Positions 18,884 to 27,783 of a stretch of 64,000 nucleotides of DNA are shown here, piece after piece. The notes beneath the pieces were generated by a model that was not told the DNA's origin, did not search any database, and saw only the letters and a program-made list of their open reading frames with translations. The stretch covers positions 430 to 64,429 of the forward strand of contig CAYQQR010000021.1 in assembly GCA_964420035.1 (NCBI GenBank), given 5' to 3'. The translations under genes and the position numbers were made by a program. Position 1 is the stretch's first letter. The number at the start of each line of letters is the position of its first letter. This stretch comes from an uncultured Bacteroidaceae bacterium (GTDB lineage Bacteria; Bacteroidota; Bacteroidia; Bacteroidales; SM23-62).

Positions 18884-20202
18884 TTATCGAAGGATATAAT
18901 TATAATTCTCCCAAAACTCCCTGTCGGGGATGCCGAGCTGGTCGGATAGGGATTTGCGGCGTTTGACATAATCCCGTGCTTTGATGTCGAAAGTGTTTTT
19001 CCCCAGATAATCGGTTATCACCATCAGGATATCATCATTAATTTCAGCAAGGTACAGATCGTTCAGCCACAGAAGACGGAACCCATAGTTGATCCGGACC
19101 TTGGCCAGGTACCAGAGCCCCTCTTGCCGGGTAAAATGTACGCTGCAGGTATAAGCGGTGGTTTCCGTGTAGATATCGAGTCTGCTCAGGATCTCCCGGG
19201 TAAAATACTCCAGGACCAGGGTGTTTTTGATATGGTAGGGACTGATCTCGTATTCCAGTGCGGTGAAAGCCAGGCTCCGGGCATCGATCTTCAGGCTTCC
19301 CCTGAAAACACCCCGTTTCTGGCCCGGGAGGGGCTGGAAATGGATATGGTAGTATGCGCCGCCCTGGGGATCGTTTTTTCTCTCCAGGGAGTATTGATAG
19401 TACTTGAAATACCTGGGTTCAAGAAAGTTGTATCTTGTCCTGGGGATGGTTATGAAATCGGCATATTTACAAAAATCCGACCGGATGGCTTCATAAGGAC
19501 CGTCCACAAAATCAATGTAGAGCCATACACGGGTTCTCCGGGTTTCCTTCTGTTCCCTGCCCTTGATGATGCTGATGCGGTCTTCTTCCCCATCCCGGGC
19601 ATAGGCTCCTTTGTTTAAAGACAGCACTGCTTCCAGCTCCTGGATTTTCTTCCCGTTTTCCAGGATGGTTTCCCTGTAGAAAGCAAAGGCCCCGGTGGTG
19701 TAATCCGGGTAATTTTGAGGAATTTTTTCCAGGGCCCTCCGGATTACATCTTCTGCTTTACCCGACCTGAAAGTCACTGCTTCGATTTCATGTTGCAAGG
19801 GAAGCAGGAAAATTTCCAGGCTGTCCTGTGATTGCCTGGAAATCATCAATCTCCGAGTTGTATAGGCTATGTGACGGATGATCAGGCTGTCGGTATGACG
19901 GTCTGGGGACCAGCGGAGTTCAAAACAGCCCTGCCGGTTGCTGAGTGTTCCCCGTCCGTCGCTTTTTCTAATCTCTATGGGGTTAGTTCCCCGAAGCTCT
20001 GCTTCGAGAAGAAGTATTAATTTTGTTAATACCTCGTGGCTCTGCCGCGAGGTAGTTTATTGATATGTGCAAAGGGAATGGCCTGCAGGGTGCGTCCATC
20101 CAGGATCCTGCCCGTGAAAAAATCATGATCCCGCGGCCGGGCCGGCAAACGGACCATGAGCAGAAAGAATAATACAAACCAGCATGCTTTGCCGTATATC
20201 AT
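18884..20202 (-). pseudogene. CarboxypepD_reg-like domain protein, interrupted by a 71-bp element
   Basis: The N-terminal fragment 20026..20202 (MIYGKACWFVLFFLLMVRLPA...FFTGRILDGRTLQAIPFAHIN) stops at a TAA inside the insert. The remaining ORF is open from 20056 to 18884 in another frame with no start codon before 19849. Deleting 19983..20056 (74 nt) fuses the two frames. Confidence 0.65.
19986..20056. mobile_element. MITE/REP-like double-hairpin element (71 bp) flanked by a TTA direct repeat
   Basis: Hairpins CGAAGC-tct-GCTTCG (19992-20006) and ACCTCGTGGC-tct-GCCGCGAGGT (20031-20053) flank an AT-rich core. TTA at 19983-19985 and at 20057-20059. Lies inside a disrupted CDS. Confidence 0.55.
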
Positions 20203-20250
20203 GAAGATAGTTGTTTCAGGAGATCAATATGCTGATTTTCATGAAAAGAT

Positions 20251-23200
20251 TCAAGAAACATATTCATCCCAGCTCTTGACGGCCATATCTTCCGGATTGA
20301 TCTGGCAGAAGGCAATGATGAAGGCGCTGGCCAGGCGGGCGTTTGTGATCAGGGGTATGTTGAAGTCAACGGCAGACCGGCGGATCAGATAATCGTTGCT
20401 GAGCTCTGTCTTGGACAGGTCCTTGGGAATATTGATCACCAGGTCGATCATCTTGCTCCTGAGATAATCCAGGGTGTTGGGTTTCTTATCCTCGTCGGGC
20501 CAGGCCAGCACGGTGGCTTCAATACCGTTTAACCTCAGAAAATCTGCTGTTCCACGGGTGGCAAAAAGGTTATAACCCTTTTCGGCAAGCAAGCGGCAAC
20601 TATTAACGAGTTCGACTTTCGAACGCATGGGTCCGGTGGAGAGCAGGATATTTTTCTCCGGTATCCGGTAACCTACGGAAAGCATGGCTTTCAGAACGGC
20701 CTCGTAGTAATCGTCGCCGATACACCCAACTTCCCCGGTGGAGGCCATTTCGACCCCCAGGATGGGATCGGCCTTGTGCAGGCGGGAGAAAGAGAACTGG
20801 GGTGCCTTGCAACCGATATGGTCCAGGTCGAATATGGATTTATGGGGTTTTTCCACGGGGAGTTCCAGCATGATCCGGGTGGCCAGATCGATAAAATTGG
20901 TTTTAAGCACCTTGGAGACAAAGGGCATGCTTCGTGAGGCACGCAGGTTGCATTCGATGACTTTAATCTGGTTGTCCTTGGCCAGGAACTGCATATTGAA
21001 GGGGCCGCTGATGTTCAGCTCACGTGCAATGTCGCGCGTGATCTTCTTGATCCTGCGTACGGTTTCAAAATAGATCTTCTGGGGCGGAAAGACCATGGTG
21101 GCATCCCCGGAATGTACCCCGGCGAATTCGACATGTTCGGAAATGGCATAAGCAATCAGTTCTCCCTCACGGGCAACGGCATCGATCTCGATTTCCTTGG
21201 CCTGCTGGATGAATTCAGAGACCACCACCGGGTACTGTTTGGAAATCTTTACGGCCAGGTTCAAAAAGTGTTCCAGCTCATCGGCGTTGGAGACCACGTT
21301 CATGGCTGCTCCGGAAAGCACGTAGGAAGGTCTGATCAGGACCGGGTAACCGACGTCATCGACGAATTTATGTATGTCGCCGATGTTGGTGAGCTCTCTC
21401 CAGCGGGGCTGGTCGATCTGCAAACGGTCCAGCAGCATGGAAAATTTGTGCCGGTTCTCCGCACGGTCGATCGACTCGGGGGAGGTCCCCAGGATCCTGA
21501 CCTCCTGATCGTGTAAACGCATGGCCAGGTTATTGGGAATCTGTCCGCCCATCGAGACGATCACGCCCAGGGGCTTTTCCAGATCTATTACATCCAGGAC
21601 CCTTTCCAGGGAGAGTTCGTCGAAATACAGGCGGTCGCAGACATCATAATCCGTGCTTACCGTCTCCGGGTTGTAATTAATGATCACCGAGCGGTAATTT
21701 TCTTTGTTGATGGTGTCCAGTGCATTGACGCTGCACCAGTCGAATTCAACACTGCTTCCAATCCGGTAGGCACCCGAGCCCAGCACGATCACCGATTTTT
21801 TGTCATCATAGAATTCCAGGTCGTGTTCCTGTCCGCTGTAGGTCAGGTAAAGATAGTTGGTCTGGGCCGGGTATTCTGCTGCCAGGGTATCGATCTGCTT
21901 GACGCTTGGAAGAATGCCCCGCTTTTTCCTTTCCTCCCGTACTTTCAGCATATCGGCCGGTATCCGGTCGGTGGGCGATTTGAGGCAGAGGCGGGCAATT
22001 TGGAAATCGCTGAATCCTAAAACTTTTGCTCTTTTCAGTACCGCGCCCGGGAGCTTTTCCAGGGTATGATGTAATCCCAATTCCTTCCCCATCCGGTACA
22101 GGTTCATCAGTTTTTCCAGGAACCAGCGGTCGATTTTGGTGTGCTTGTGGATGTCGTCGATGCTGTAACCCTTTTTAAAGGCTTCGGCAATTACGAAGAT
22201 ACGCATGTCGGTGGGCTCCTTCAGTTCTTTGTCAATGTCCTCGAATTTCAGGTCGCGGTTTCCCAGGAAGCCGTGCATACCCTGGCCGATCATGCGCAGA
22301 CCTTTTTGTATGACTTCTTCGAAGGTGCGGCCGATGGCCATCACTTCACCCACGGATTTCATGGAACTGCCGATCTGCTTGGATACTCCGATGAACTTAT
22401 TCAGGTCCCAACGCGGGATTTTACAAACGATGTAATCCAGGGCGGGCTCGAAAAAGGCCGGGGTGGTCCGGGTAACCGAATTCTTCAGTTCATGAAGGCC
22501 ATAGCCCAGTGCGAGCTTGGCGGCTACAAAAGCCAGGGGATAGCCCGTGGCTTTGGAGGCCAGGGCCGAGGAACGCGAAAGCCGGGCATTCACCTCGATC
22601 ACCCGGTAATCCTCCGATTCCGGATCCAGTGCAAACTGGATGTTGCATTCCCCCACCACGCCAATGTGCCGGATGATCTTGATGGCCAGCCGGCGAAGCA
22701 TATGATATTCCGAATTACTCAAAGTTTGGGACGGAGCTACAACAATGCTTTCTCCGGTATGGATGCCCAGAGGGTCAAAATTCTCCATGTTACAAACGGT
22801 GATACAATTGTCATATTGATCCCGAACTACCTCATATTCAATCTCTTTCCATCCTTTCAGCGATTCTTCCACCAGGATTTGCGTGGAATAGGAAAAGGCC
22901 GTGGAAGCCAGACGAATCAATTCTCCCTTGCTGGTGCAAAAACCACTGCCCTGACCGCCCAGGGTAAAGGCGGCCCGGATGATGATGGGATAACCCAGCT
23001 CTTCAGCTGCCTGAACGGCCTGGTCTGCCGAGGTTACGGCAATGCTTTTGGGGGTGTCGACCTGAATTTCCCTGAGCTTTCTTACAAAAAGGTCGCGATC
23101 CTCTGTATCCTGGATGGCCCGCACCGGGGTACCCAGGACTTTCACATTGTATTTTTCAAGAATACCCTCCTGGTGCAGCCTGATCCCGCAATTGAGGGCC

Positions 23201-23475
23201 GTTTGACCCCCAAAAGCCAGCAGAATACCCTGGGGCTTTTCTTTTTCTATGACCCGTGTAACGAATTCAGGGGTTATGGGAAGGAAATAGACCTTGTCGG
23301 CGATGTGCTCGGAAGTTTGGACCGTAGCAATGTTGGGATTGATCAGGATGGTCTGGATCCCTTCTTCACGCAAGGCTTTCAGTGCCTGGGAACCTGAATA
23401 ATCAAATTCCCCGGCCTCTCCGATCTTTAAGGCACCCGATCCCAGTACAACAGCCTTCTTTATTTCTGACTTCAT
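20251..23475 (-). CDS. carB: carbamoyl-phosphate synthase large subunit
   Basis: 1074 aa with duplicated ATP-grasp halves and a typical CarB N-terminus KAVVLGSGALKIGEAGEFDYSGSQA. Confidence 0.97.
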   Translation of the reverse strand: MKSEIKKAVVLGSGALKIGEAGEFDYSGSQALKALREEGIQTILINPNIATVQTSEHIADKVYFLPITPEFVTRVIEKEKPQGILLAFGGQTALNCGIRLHQEGILEKYNVKVLGTPVRAIQDTEDRDLFVRKLREIQVDTPKSIAVTSADQAVQAAEELGYPIIIRAAFTLGGQGSGFCTSKGELIRLASTAFSYSTQILVEESLKGWKEIEYEVVRDQYDNCITVCNMENFDPLGIHTGESIVVAPSQTLSNSEYHMLRRLAIKIIRHIGVVGECNIQFALDPESEDYRVIEVNARLSRSSALASKATGYPLAFVAAKLALGYGLHELKNSVTRTTPAFFEPALDYIVCKIPRWDLNKFIGVSKQIGSSMKSVGEVMAIGRTFEEVIQKGLRMIGQGMHGFLGNRDLKFEDIDKELKEPTDMRIFVIAEAFKKGYSIDDIHKHTKIDRWFLEKLMNLYRMGKELGLHHTLEKLPGAVLKRAKVLGFSDFQIARLCLKSPTDRIPADMLKVREERKKRGILPSVKQIDTLAAEYPAQTNYLYLTYSGQEHDLEFYDDKKSVIVLGSGAYRIGSSVEFDWCSVNALDTINKENYRSVIINYNPETVSTDYDVCDRLYFDELSLERVLDVIDLEKPLGVIVSMGGQIPNNLAMRLHDQEVRILGTSPESIDRAENRHKFSMLLDRLQIDQPRWRELTNIGDIHKFVDDVGYPVLIRPSYVLSGAAMNVVSNADELEHFLNLAVKISKQYPVVVSEFIQQAKEIEIDAVAREGELIAYAISEHVEFAGVHSGDATMVFPPQKIYFETVRRIKKITRDIARELNISGPFNMQFLAKDNQIKVIECNLRASRSMPFVSKVLKTNFIDLATRIMLELPVEKPHKSIFDLDHIGCKAPQFSFSRLHKADPILGVEMASTGEVGCIGDDYYEAVLKAMLSVGYRIPEKNILLSTGPMRSKVELVNSCRLLAEKGYNLFATRGTADFLRLNGIEATVLAWPDEDKKPNTLDYLRSKMIDLVINIPKDLSKTELSNDYLIRRSAVDFNIPLITNARLASAFIIAFCQINPEDMAVKSWDEYVS

Positions 23476-23511
23476 AAACGCTCAATTTTTTTGGGCCTGC
23501 TGACCGGGATT

Positions 23512-23519
23512 CAAAAATA
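23512..23519 (-). promoter_or_regulatory. -7 box TATTTTTG for carB
   Basis: Perfect TAnnTTTG on the minus strand, 37 nt upstream of the carB ATG. Confidence 0.5.
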
Positions 23520-23532
23520 AGAATAATTCTTA
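23518..23532. promoter_or_regulatory. perfect 15-bp palindrome TAAGAATAATTCTTA abutting the carB -7 box
   Basis: Read directly. Candidate operator with unknown binder. Confidence 0.35.
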
Positions 23533-23555
23533 TAAATATGTTGTAAAATACAAAA

Positions 23556-23594
23556 AATGTATATTTTTGCACATTATATGAATATTTATACAAA
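23556..23594 (+). promoter_or_regulatory. tandem ARG-box-like operators
   Basis: Box 2 (23577-23594), taTGAATatttATaCAaa, has one core mismatch to wnTGAATwwwwATTCAnw. Box 1 (23556-23573), aaTGtATatttttGCAca, is weaker. The 3-bp spacing matches enterobacterial ARG box pairs. The pair overlaps the -7 box. Confidence 0.5.
23562..23569 (+). promoter_or_regulatory. -7 box TATTTTTG for the argR operon
   Basis: Perfect TAnnTTTG, 25 nt upstream of the argR ATG. Confidence 0.5.
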
Positions 23595-24070
23595 TGAAAT
23601 CCAAGACAAAACGCTTACTGGCCATCAAGAAGCTTATCCGTGAGAATAAGGTCAGGAACCAGGAAGAGCTTCTGGGAAAATTGAATGCAGAAGGCTTTAC
23701 AGCCACCCAGGCCACCTTATCGCGGGATTTGAAATTTTTACGGGTAGCGCGGATCCCGGACCATGAGGCCGGGTATGTTTATATTTTACCCGAACAGGAT
23801 ATACGGGAAGGTCCGGGCGACTATATGGATGCCGACATCCCGGTAAGTGGCTACCGCTCGATGATATTTGCCCGGAACATGTGCCTGATCAAAACACTGC
23901 CCGGCTATGCAAGCAGCATTGCAGCGGCCATTGACCGGCTGAATACCTACGAGATCGTCGGCACGGTTGCAGGAGATGACACCATCCTGCTGATTCCCAG
24001 GGATGGCGTGAATAAAAGCGACATTATCAATGCCCTCACTTTATTGATTCCGCAAATGCAAAATATTTGA
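23594..24070 (+). CDS. argR: arginine repressor
   Basis: Winged-helix N-terminus (QEELLGKLNAEGFTATQATLSRDLKFL) and C-terminal GTVAGDDTILLI oligomerisation/arginine-binding motif. Confidence 0.9.
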   Translation: MKSKTKRLLAIKKLIRENKVRNQEELLGKLNAEGFTATQATLSRDLKFLRVARIPDHEAGYVYILPEQDIREGPGDYMDADIPVSGYRSMIFARNMCLIKTLPGYASSIAAAIDRLNTYEIVGTVAGDDTILLIPRDGVNKSDIINALTLLIPQMQNI

Positions 24071-24072
24071 TC

Positions 24073-24705
24073 ATGACAAAAGATATTTTCATCATCCGTA
24101 TCGCGAAAGAACAGGATGTCAAACATACCGGCGAGATATGCCATGCACTGGAAGCCACTTCAAAAGTTAAAGGCACCGGTATTGCCCGCAGGTCGGAAGA
24201 ATACATCAATTCAAAGATACTGGAAGGCAAAGCGGTGATCGCGCTTACCGGGGAGGGCTCATTTGCAGGATTTTGCTACATAGAAAGCTGGGGGCACAAC
24301 AAGTACGTTGCCAACTCCGGCTTGATCGTCACCGAGAAGCACCGCGGGATGGGTCTGGCCGGAAAGATCAAAAAAATGGCCCTGGAGCTTTCCGGAAAGA
24401 AATTTCCCGGTGCCAAGCTCTTCGGCCTGACTACCAGTCTTGCCGTAATGCGTATCAACTCTGCGCTGGGATATGTGCCGGTGACATTTTCTGAACTGAC
24501 AGACGATGAGACCTTCTGGGACGGTTGTAAAACCTGCGCCTATTATGACATTCTTCAACGCACCCAGAAAATGCAATGCCTGTGCACCGGCATGATCTAT
24601 GATCCGGAAAGGCAGTACAACGGGAAGGCAAAAAAAACAAAGAAAAAGCGCAACGGTAAAAAAGCTTTTCAACTGCTCAAACCCAAAAAGACCAGCTCGT
24701 CATGA
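24073..24705 (+). CDS. GNAT family N-acyltransferase (arg-cluster associated)
   Basis: Acyl-CoA binding motif HRGMGLAGKIKK. ATG at 24073 follows the argR stop. Lys-rich C-terminal tail GKAKKTKKKRNGKK. Confidence 0.75.
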   Translation: MTKDIFIIRIAKEQDVKHTGEICHALEATSKVKGTGIARRSEEYINSKILEGKAVIALTGEGSFAGFCYIESWGHNKYVANSGLIVTEKHRGMGLAGKIKKMALELSGKKFPGAKLFGLTTSLAVMRINSALGYVPVTFSELTDDETFWDGCKTCAYYDILQRTQKMQCLCTGMIYDPERQYNGKAKKTKKKRNGKKAFQLLKPKKTSSS

Positions 24706-25874
24706 AGAAAGTGCTGTTGGCCTTTAGCGGAGGACTGGACACCAGTTTTTGCGTTAAATATCTGAAAGAAGACCAAGGATACCAGGTTTATACGGGCCTG
24801 GTCGATACCGGCGGTTTCAGCTCCGGGGAACAGGAAAGGATCGCGCAGAAGGCACTCGACCTCGGCTCCTCCGGTCATGAAACCCTGGATGCCCGCCAGG
24901 AATATTACCGGGACTGTATCCGTTACCTGATCTTTGGCAATGTTTTGCGAAACCGGAATTACCCGCTTTCGGTGAGTTCCGAAAGGAGCTTCCAGGCCGA
25001 AGCCTTGATTCGCCATGCCAAAAAACTGGGGGTGGATGCCATTGCACACGGCAGCACGGCTGCCGGCAACGACCAGGTGCGTTTTGATTTGGCCATCCGG
25101 GTTTTTGCCCCGGAGCTGGAGATCATCACCCCCATCCGGGACCTGAGTATATCGCGGCAGGAAGAAAGGGAATACCTGGAAAAATATGGGGTCGAGACCG
25201 GGAAGGAAGAGGTTGACTACAGCCTTAACCAGGGACTGTGGGGAACCTCGGTGGGCGGTAAGGAAACCCTGACCTCCGGTCAGGCCCTCCCGGGAAAGGC
25301 TTATCCCTCAAAAATCGTGGAGGAAAAACCTTCTGAGCTGGAAATAGAATTTCAACAAGGCGAATTGGCAGGCGGAGTCCGGACCATACAAAAGATAACA
25401 GAAAGAGCCGGGAAATATGGGATCGGTCGGGATATACATACCGGCGACACGGTACTGGGCATCAAGGGCCGGGTGGGCTTTGAGGCCCCGGCCGCGCGAA
25501 TCATCATCGATGCCCATTACGCACTGGAGAAACATACCCTGACCCACTGGCAGATATACTGGAAGGAACAGCTGGGGCAATGGTACGGAATGATGCTGCA
25601 TGAGGGTAAAATTATGGACCCGGTGATGCGCAACATTGAGGCCTTCCTGGAAGACAGCCAGGATAAGGTAAACGGAAAAGTTTTTGTCCGGCTGATGCCC
25701 CGGCATTTCGAGATTCTGGGAATCGACTCCCCCAATGACCTGATGCAGGCCAGGTATGGCAGTTACGGGGAAATGAACCGCTCCTGGTCCGGAGAGGAAG
25801 TCAGGGCTTTTACGAAGATAACGGCCCTACCCTATCAAATATACCATCAACTTCATTCTTCAGAGCAATGCTAA
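24702..25874 (+). CDS. argG: argininosuccinate synthase
   Basis: AFSGGLDTS ATP-binding motif. ATGA overlap with the upstream stop. Confidence 0.95.
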   Translation: MKKVLLAFSGGLDTSFCVKYLKEDQGYQVYTGLVDTGGFSSGEQERIAQKALDLGSSGHETLDARQEYYRDCIRYLIFGNVLRNRNYPLSVSSERSFQAEALIRHAKKLGVDAIAHGSTAAGNDQVRFDLAIRVFAPELEIITPIRDLSISRQEEREYLEKYGVETGKEEVDYSLNQGLWGTSVGGKETLTSGQALPGKAYPSKIVEEKPSELEIEFQQGELAGGVRTIQKITERAGKYGIGRDIHTGDTVLGIKGRVGFEAPAARIIIDAHYALEKHTLTHWQIYWKEQLGQWYGMMLHEGKIMDPVMRNIEAFLEDSQDKVNGKVFVRLMPRHFEILGIDSPNDLMQARYGSYGEMNRSWSGEEVRAFTKITALPYQIYHQLHSSEQC

Positions 25875-25890
25875 AGAATATCCAAAAATC

Positions 25891-26703
25891 ATGAACATGA
25901 AACAAAACGATTCCATTGCCATTCTGGGAGGCGGCAATATAGGCAAGGCCATGCTGAACGGGTTCCTGAGATCCGGTAAATACTCCCCGGGTCAATTGAT
26001 CATCACCCGGCGTAACAAAAATATGCTGGATGATCTAAAAAAGAAAGGGACCAGGACCGGCATGTCCAACGCAGAAGCTGTCAGGGAAGCCCGGATGGTC
26101 ATTCTGGCCGTCCAGCCCCGCCAAATGAAAGGCCTCCTGGAAGAAATCCACCCCCACCTGGATATAAAAGGACATTTACTGATCTCGGTGGTAACCGGAT
26201 TCTCTATTCAAGAAATGATTGATGTATTGGGCGATAATTATAATATAGTCAGGGCTATGCCAAACACAGGAGCTGCCATCAATGAATCCATGACCTGCCT
26301 GGCGGCACGCGACCGGAACGTTTCCTTTCTCCCACTGGCCGGTGACCTGTTCGATCTGCTGGGAACCACCCTGGTGATCAACGAAAGACTGATGTCGGCA
26401 GCAACCATTCTGGGGGCCTGTGGCATTGCTTATTTCCTGAGGTACATCCGGGCGGCTTCCCAGGGAGGTATACAGGTGGGGTTTCATGCCGATGAGGCTC
26501 AGATCATTGCTGCCCAAACCGCGCGGGCGGCGGCATCCCTGTTGCTGCAATCGGGCCATCACCCCGAACAGGAGATAGACAAGGTTACCACCCCCCGCGG
26601 CTGCACCATCACGGGACTGAATGAAATGGAACACCATGGTCTGAGCTCGGCGATCATTAAGGGGATTGTAACATCATTTAAAGAAATAGAAGAGCTGAGA
26701 TAA
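25891..26703 (+). CDS. proC: pyrroline-5-carboxylate reductase
   Basis: ILGGGNIG Rossmann motif and C-terminal VTTPRGCTI motif. Confidence 0.9.
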   Translation: MNMKQNDSIAILGGGNIGKAMLNGFLRSGKYSPGQLIITRRNKNMLDDLKKKGTRTGMSNAEAVREARMVILAVQPRQMKGLLEEIHPHLDIKGHLLISVVTGFSIQEMIDVLGDNYNIVRAMPNTGAAINESMTCLAARDRNVSFLPLAGDLFDLLGTTLVINERLMSAATILGACGIAYFLRYIRAASQGGIQVGFHADEAQIIAAQTARAAASLLLQSGHHPEQEIDKVTTPRGCTITGLNEMEHHGLSSAIIKGIVTSFKEIEELR

Positions 26704-26709
26704 ATTAAA

Positions 26710-27783
26710 GTGAATATAAACAGCAATATATATGAGGAAATAATACAGGTGCTTTTGAACCTGGTGAAAATTCCGTCCTTTAGCGGGGAAGAAGCACTGG
26801 CTGCGGATTACCTGGAAGACTATCTTAAGGTTAAGGGTTTAGCGGTAGACCGGATACACAACAATCTTATGGCCCGCGCGCGAAAGGAACATGGGGGCAA
26901 GCCGGTCCTCCTGTTGAACTCTCACCTGGATACCGTTAAAGTCGCGGATGGATGGAGCCTGGAGCCTTTTGCAGCATCCCGGAAAGAGGGAAAAATATAC
27001 GGTTTGGGCAGCAATGATGCCACCGGTCCGCTGGTGGCCCTGCTGGGATGTTTCCTGATGCTGCTGGAGGAGGAACAATTGACCTATGAACCGGTATTTC
27101 TTGCTTCGGCAGAGGAGGAGATCTCGGGAAAAAAGGGTATTTGCGCTGTACTGCCGTCCCTTGGTCCTGTTGCACTGGGCATTGTGGGTGAACCCACGGG
27201 CATGAAGATGGCGGTGGCAGAAAAAGGATTGATGGTTGTGGATGCATACTGCAGGGGCAAAGCAGCACATGCAGCATCAGGTGCAGGGATCAATGCTATC
27301 TACCGGGCTATGGAGATCACCGGAACAATCCGAGGTATGACATGGGACCGTCATTCCGAATGGCTGGGAGAAACCTTTTGCCAGGTGACCATGATCCGGG
27401 GCGGGACACAGCACAACGTGGTACCGGACAGCTGCCACCTGGTGGTGGATGTGCGCGTGAACGAACAATATTCCAACAAGGAAGTACTGGATATACTCCT
27501 GGAAACAACCGGCATAGAAATGAAGGCCCGCTCGATGCACCTGGAACCATCCTTTATTTCCCTGGAGCACCCGGTGGTCAAAAAGGGAAAATCCATGGGA
27601 CTGGATCTTTATGGTTCCGGGACGCTCTCGGACCAGGTCCTGATGCCTTTTGACAGTTTAAAGATAGGTCCCGGGAATCCGGAACGTTCCCACCGGGCCG
27701 ATGAATTCATTTATGAAGAGGAGGTCGCCAAGGCTATAACAAGCTATTATGAACTACTGAAAGATATCAAATTACCGGCATGA
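26710..27783 (+). CDS. argE: M20 family deacylase (acetyl/succinyl-ornithine deacylase, ArgE-like)
   Basis: GTG start. LNSHLDTV and SAEEE metal-ligand motifs of M20 peptidases. Position in the arg operon. Confidence 0.75.
   Translation: MNINSNIYEEIIQVLLNLVKIPSFSGEEALAADYLEDYLKVKGLAVDRIHNNLMARARKEHGGKPVLLLNSHLDTVKVADGWSLEPFAASRKEGKIYGLGSNDATGPLVALLGCFLMLLEEEQLTYEPVFLASAEEEISGKKGICAVLPSLGPVALGIVGEPTGMKMAVAEKGLMVVDAYCRGKAAHAASGAGINAIYRAMEITGTIRGMTWDRHSEWLGETFCQVTMIRGGTQHNVVPDSCHLVVDVRVNEQYSNKEVLDILLETTGIEMKARSMHLEPSFISLEHPVVKKGKSMGLDLYGSGTLSDQVLMPFDSLKIGPGNPERSHRADEFIYEEEVAKAITSYYELLKDIKLPA

Noticed and set aside
19983-20177. 64-aa minus-strand ORF downstream of carB
   Set aside because: It is out of frame with the signal-peptide/CarboxypepD_reg fragment that starts at 20202, and its sequence is not protein-like.
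22141-23397. 418-aa plus-strand ORF inside carB
   Set aside because: carB on the opposite strand is unambiguous, so this is a shadow ORF.
23518-23532. Palindrome TAAGAATAATTCTTA as a canonical ARG box
   Set aside because: The half-site spacing (GAAT-A-ATTC) does not fit TGAAT-N4-ATTCA. I keep it only as an unassigned candidate operator.
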